Below are positions 26,582 through 26,621 of a stretch of 26,621 nt of DNA, piece after piece. Every line of letters begins with the position of its first letter. The first letter of the stretch is position 1. A program made the translations under genes and the position numbers. The stretch covers positions 1-26,621 of the forward strand of contig JANLPS010000419.1 of the NCBI GenBank assembly GCA_031367385.1, given 5' to 3'. The notes beneath the pieces are model-generated. The model had not been told where the DNA came from. It made no database searches and saw only the letters and a program-made list of their open reading frames with translations. The stretch is from Archangium sp. Its GTDB lineage: Bacteria; Myxococcota; Myxococcia; Myxococcales; Myxococcaceae.

Positions 26582-26621
26582 CGAGGTTGACCAGACAGGA
26601 AAGCCCCGGCGTTTGGGGCCG

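Larger units (their letters stand above)
25593..26621. mobile_element. Possible left edge of a tRNA-integrated island or prophage remnant
   Basis: Follows the tRNA 3' end; tandem TACCCACT repeat; short unrecognisable ORFs with visibly more A/T-ending codons. No integrase in the window. Confidence 0.4.

Noticed and set aside
26599..26621. Possible terminator hairpin at the right edge
   Set aside because: Truncated by the window end; the stem cannot be confirmed.

Overview
GC-rich bacterial chromosome segment, very likely a myxobacterium (clear RomR orthologue next to valS, MYXO-CTERM-like protein, FHA/PEGA Ser/Thr kinase). Left to right: 5' part of valS; romR polarity locus (romR, CheW-domain romA-like gene, a SAM methyltransferase, a REC-GGDEF diguanylate cyclase); a cassette of two translationally coupled, signal-less HtrA/S1C-PDZ proteases with an atypical LuxR/NarL regulator; an orphan crtY followed by a molybdopterin oxidoreductase and a DUF72 protein; a Ser/Thr kinase; a PfkB kinase; the macromolecular synthesis operon rpsU-yqeY-dnaG-rpoD, interrupted by a secreted beta-helix protein; several accessory genes (membrane coiled-coil protein, alkyltransferase-like protein, alpha/beta hydrolase, lipoprotein, TetR); a tRNA(CAT), probably Ile2, followed by what looks like the edge of an integrated island. 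The most notable non-coding structure is three copies of a REP-like hairpin with a conserved loop and compensatory stem changes, two of them extended by (CGAACCA)n arrays. Candidate operators were also found upstream of the protease pair, crtY and the hydrolase. All calls come from reading motifs by eye; no searches were run.
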